From an uncultured Chloroflexia bacterium (lineage in GTDB: Bacteria; Chloroflexota; Anaerolineae; CG2-30-64-16): a DNA stretch of 64,000 nucleotides. The notes under the pieces were generated by a model. That model was not told the origin of the DNA. It ran no database searches and saw only the letters and a program-made list of their open reading frames with translations. The first letter of the stretch is position 1; every line of letters starts with the position of its first letter. Of the stretch, positions 63,485 to 64,000 are shown piece by piece. Position numbers and translations under genes: made by a program. The stretch covers positions 96,001 through 160,000 of the forward strand of contig CAWEMM010000001.1 in the NCBI GenBank assembly GCA_963810095.1, in the 5' to 3' direction.

Positions 63485-64000
63485 TCGGCACGGTGCTGAA
63501 CAATCGCTACCGGCTGGACGCCGAGATCGGACAGGGCGGCATGGGCGTGGTCTACCGCGGCCATGACCTGCTGCTCGTCCGTGACGTCGCCGTTAAACTT
63601 CTCAGCAAGGCCGGCCTGGGCACCGAGGGCCGCGCGCGCCTGCTGCGCGAAGCGCAGGCTGTCGCGAGGCTCAACCACCCCAACATTGTAACCCTCTATG
63701 ATGCGGGCGAGGCCGAAGGTGCGCCCTTCATCGTGATGGAGCTCCTGTCAGGCATCTCGCTGTACGAACGCAAACCCGCGAACACGGACGAGCTGTTGGA
63801 AGTGGCCCGCCAGGTCTGTGCGGCGCTGGGCCACGCGCACGAGCACGGCATTATTCACCGTGACCTGAAGCCGGAAAACGTCATTCTGACCGGCCCCAAG
63901 GCGACGGGGGGGCAGGCGAGTTACGGGTTAAGCTGACGGACTTCGGCCTGGCTCGCTCGGCCGCGACTCGCTCGACGACCGACGATGCACTTTGCGGTAC
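63481..64000 (+). CDS. Hanks-type Ser/Thr protein kinase (partial; frameshift ~63925)
   Basis: IGQGGMG, VAVK and HRDLKPEN. KLTDFGLAR follows in a shifted frame. Confidence 0.88.

Noticed and set aside
11343-63925. Programmed ribosomal frameshifting or phase variation
   Set aside because: I saw no consistent slippery heptamers or long repeat tracts, and the affected genes are unrelated.
1-64000. Prophage, integrative element or defence island
   Set aside because: No integrase, phage structural genes, tRNA attachment site or recognisable defence genes beyond two small TA modules.

Overview
High-GC bacterial chromosomal segment. Gene style and lipoprotein linkers suggest Chloroflexota/Anaerolineae (inference). 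About 14 single-base frameshifts fall in otherwise intact genes, which points to long-read consensus errors. Main content, left to right: an aminotransferase-serA-DUF1015 operon; a very large secreted tandem 5'-nucleotidase; an extended sufR-sufCBD-sulfurtransferase-sufU-sufS-sufU-Rieske-sufT operon, with a DUF433/DUF5615 toxin-antitoxin pair upstream and a decayed hicBA pair inside; a molybdo-oxidoreductase plus BMP-type nucleoside ABC transporter and GntR locus; a three-part GlyA-GcvT'-GcvT fusion; typA with a two-terminator leader; a RAYT transposase with REP/REPIN flanks; gcvH-PA-PB under a tandem glycine riboswitch that carries a 42-bp perfect palindrome; and a GAF-PP2C/Ser-Thr kinase pair. 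Several families of miniature palindromic elements sit between genes. I found no rRNA, tRNA or CRISPR array. The best leads are a serine/glycine/C1 module (DUF1015 as a possible ParB/SerK-like phosphoserine enzyme, plus the SHMT-GcvT fusion), the palindromic element families, and the typA leader.
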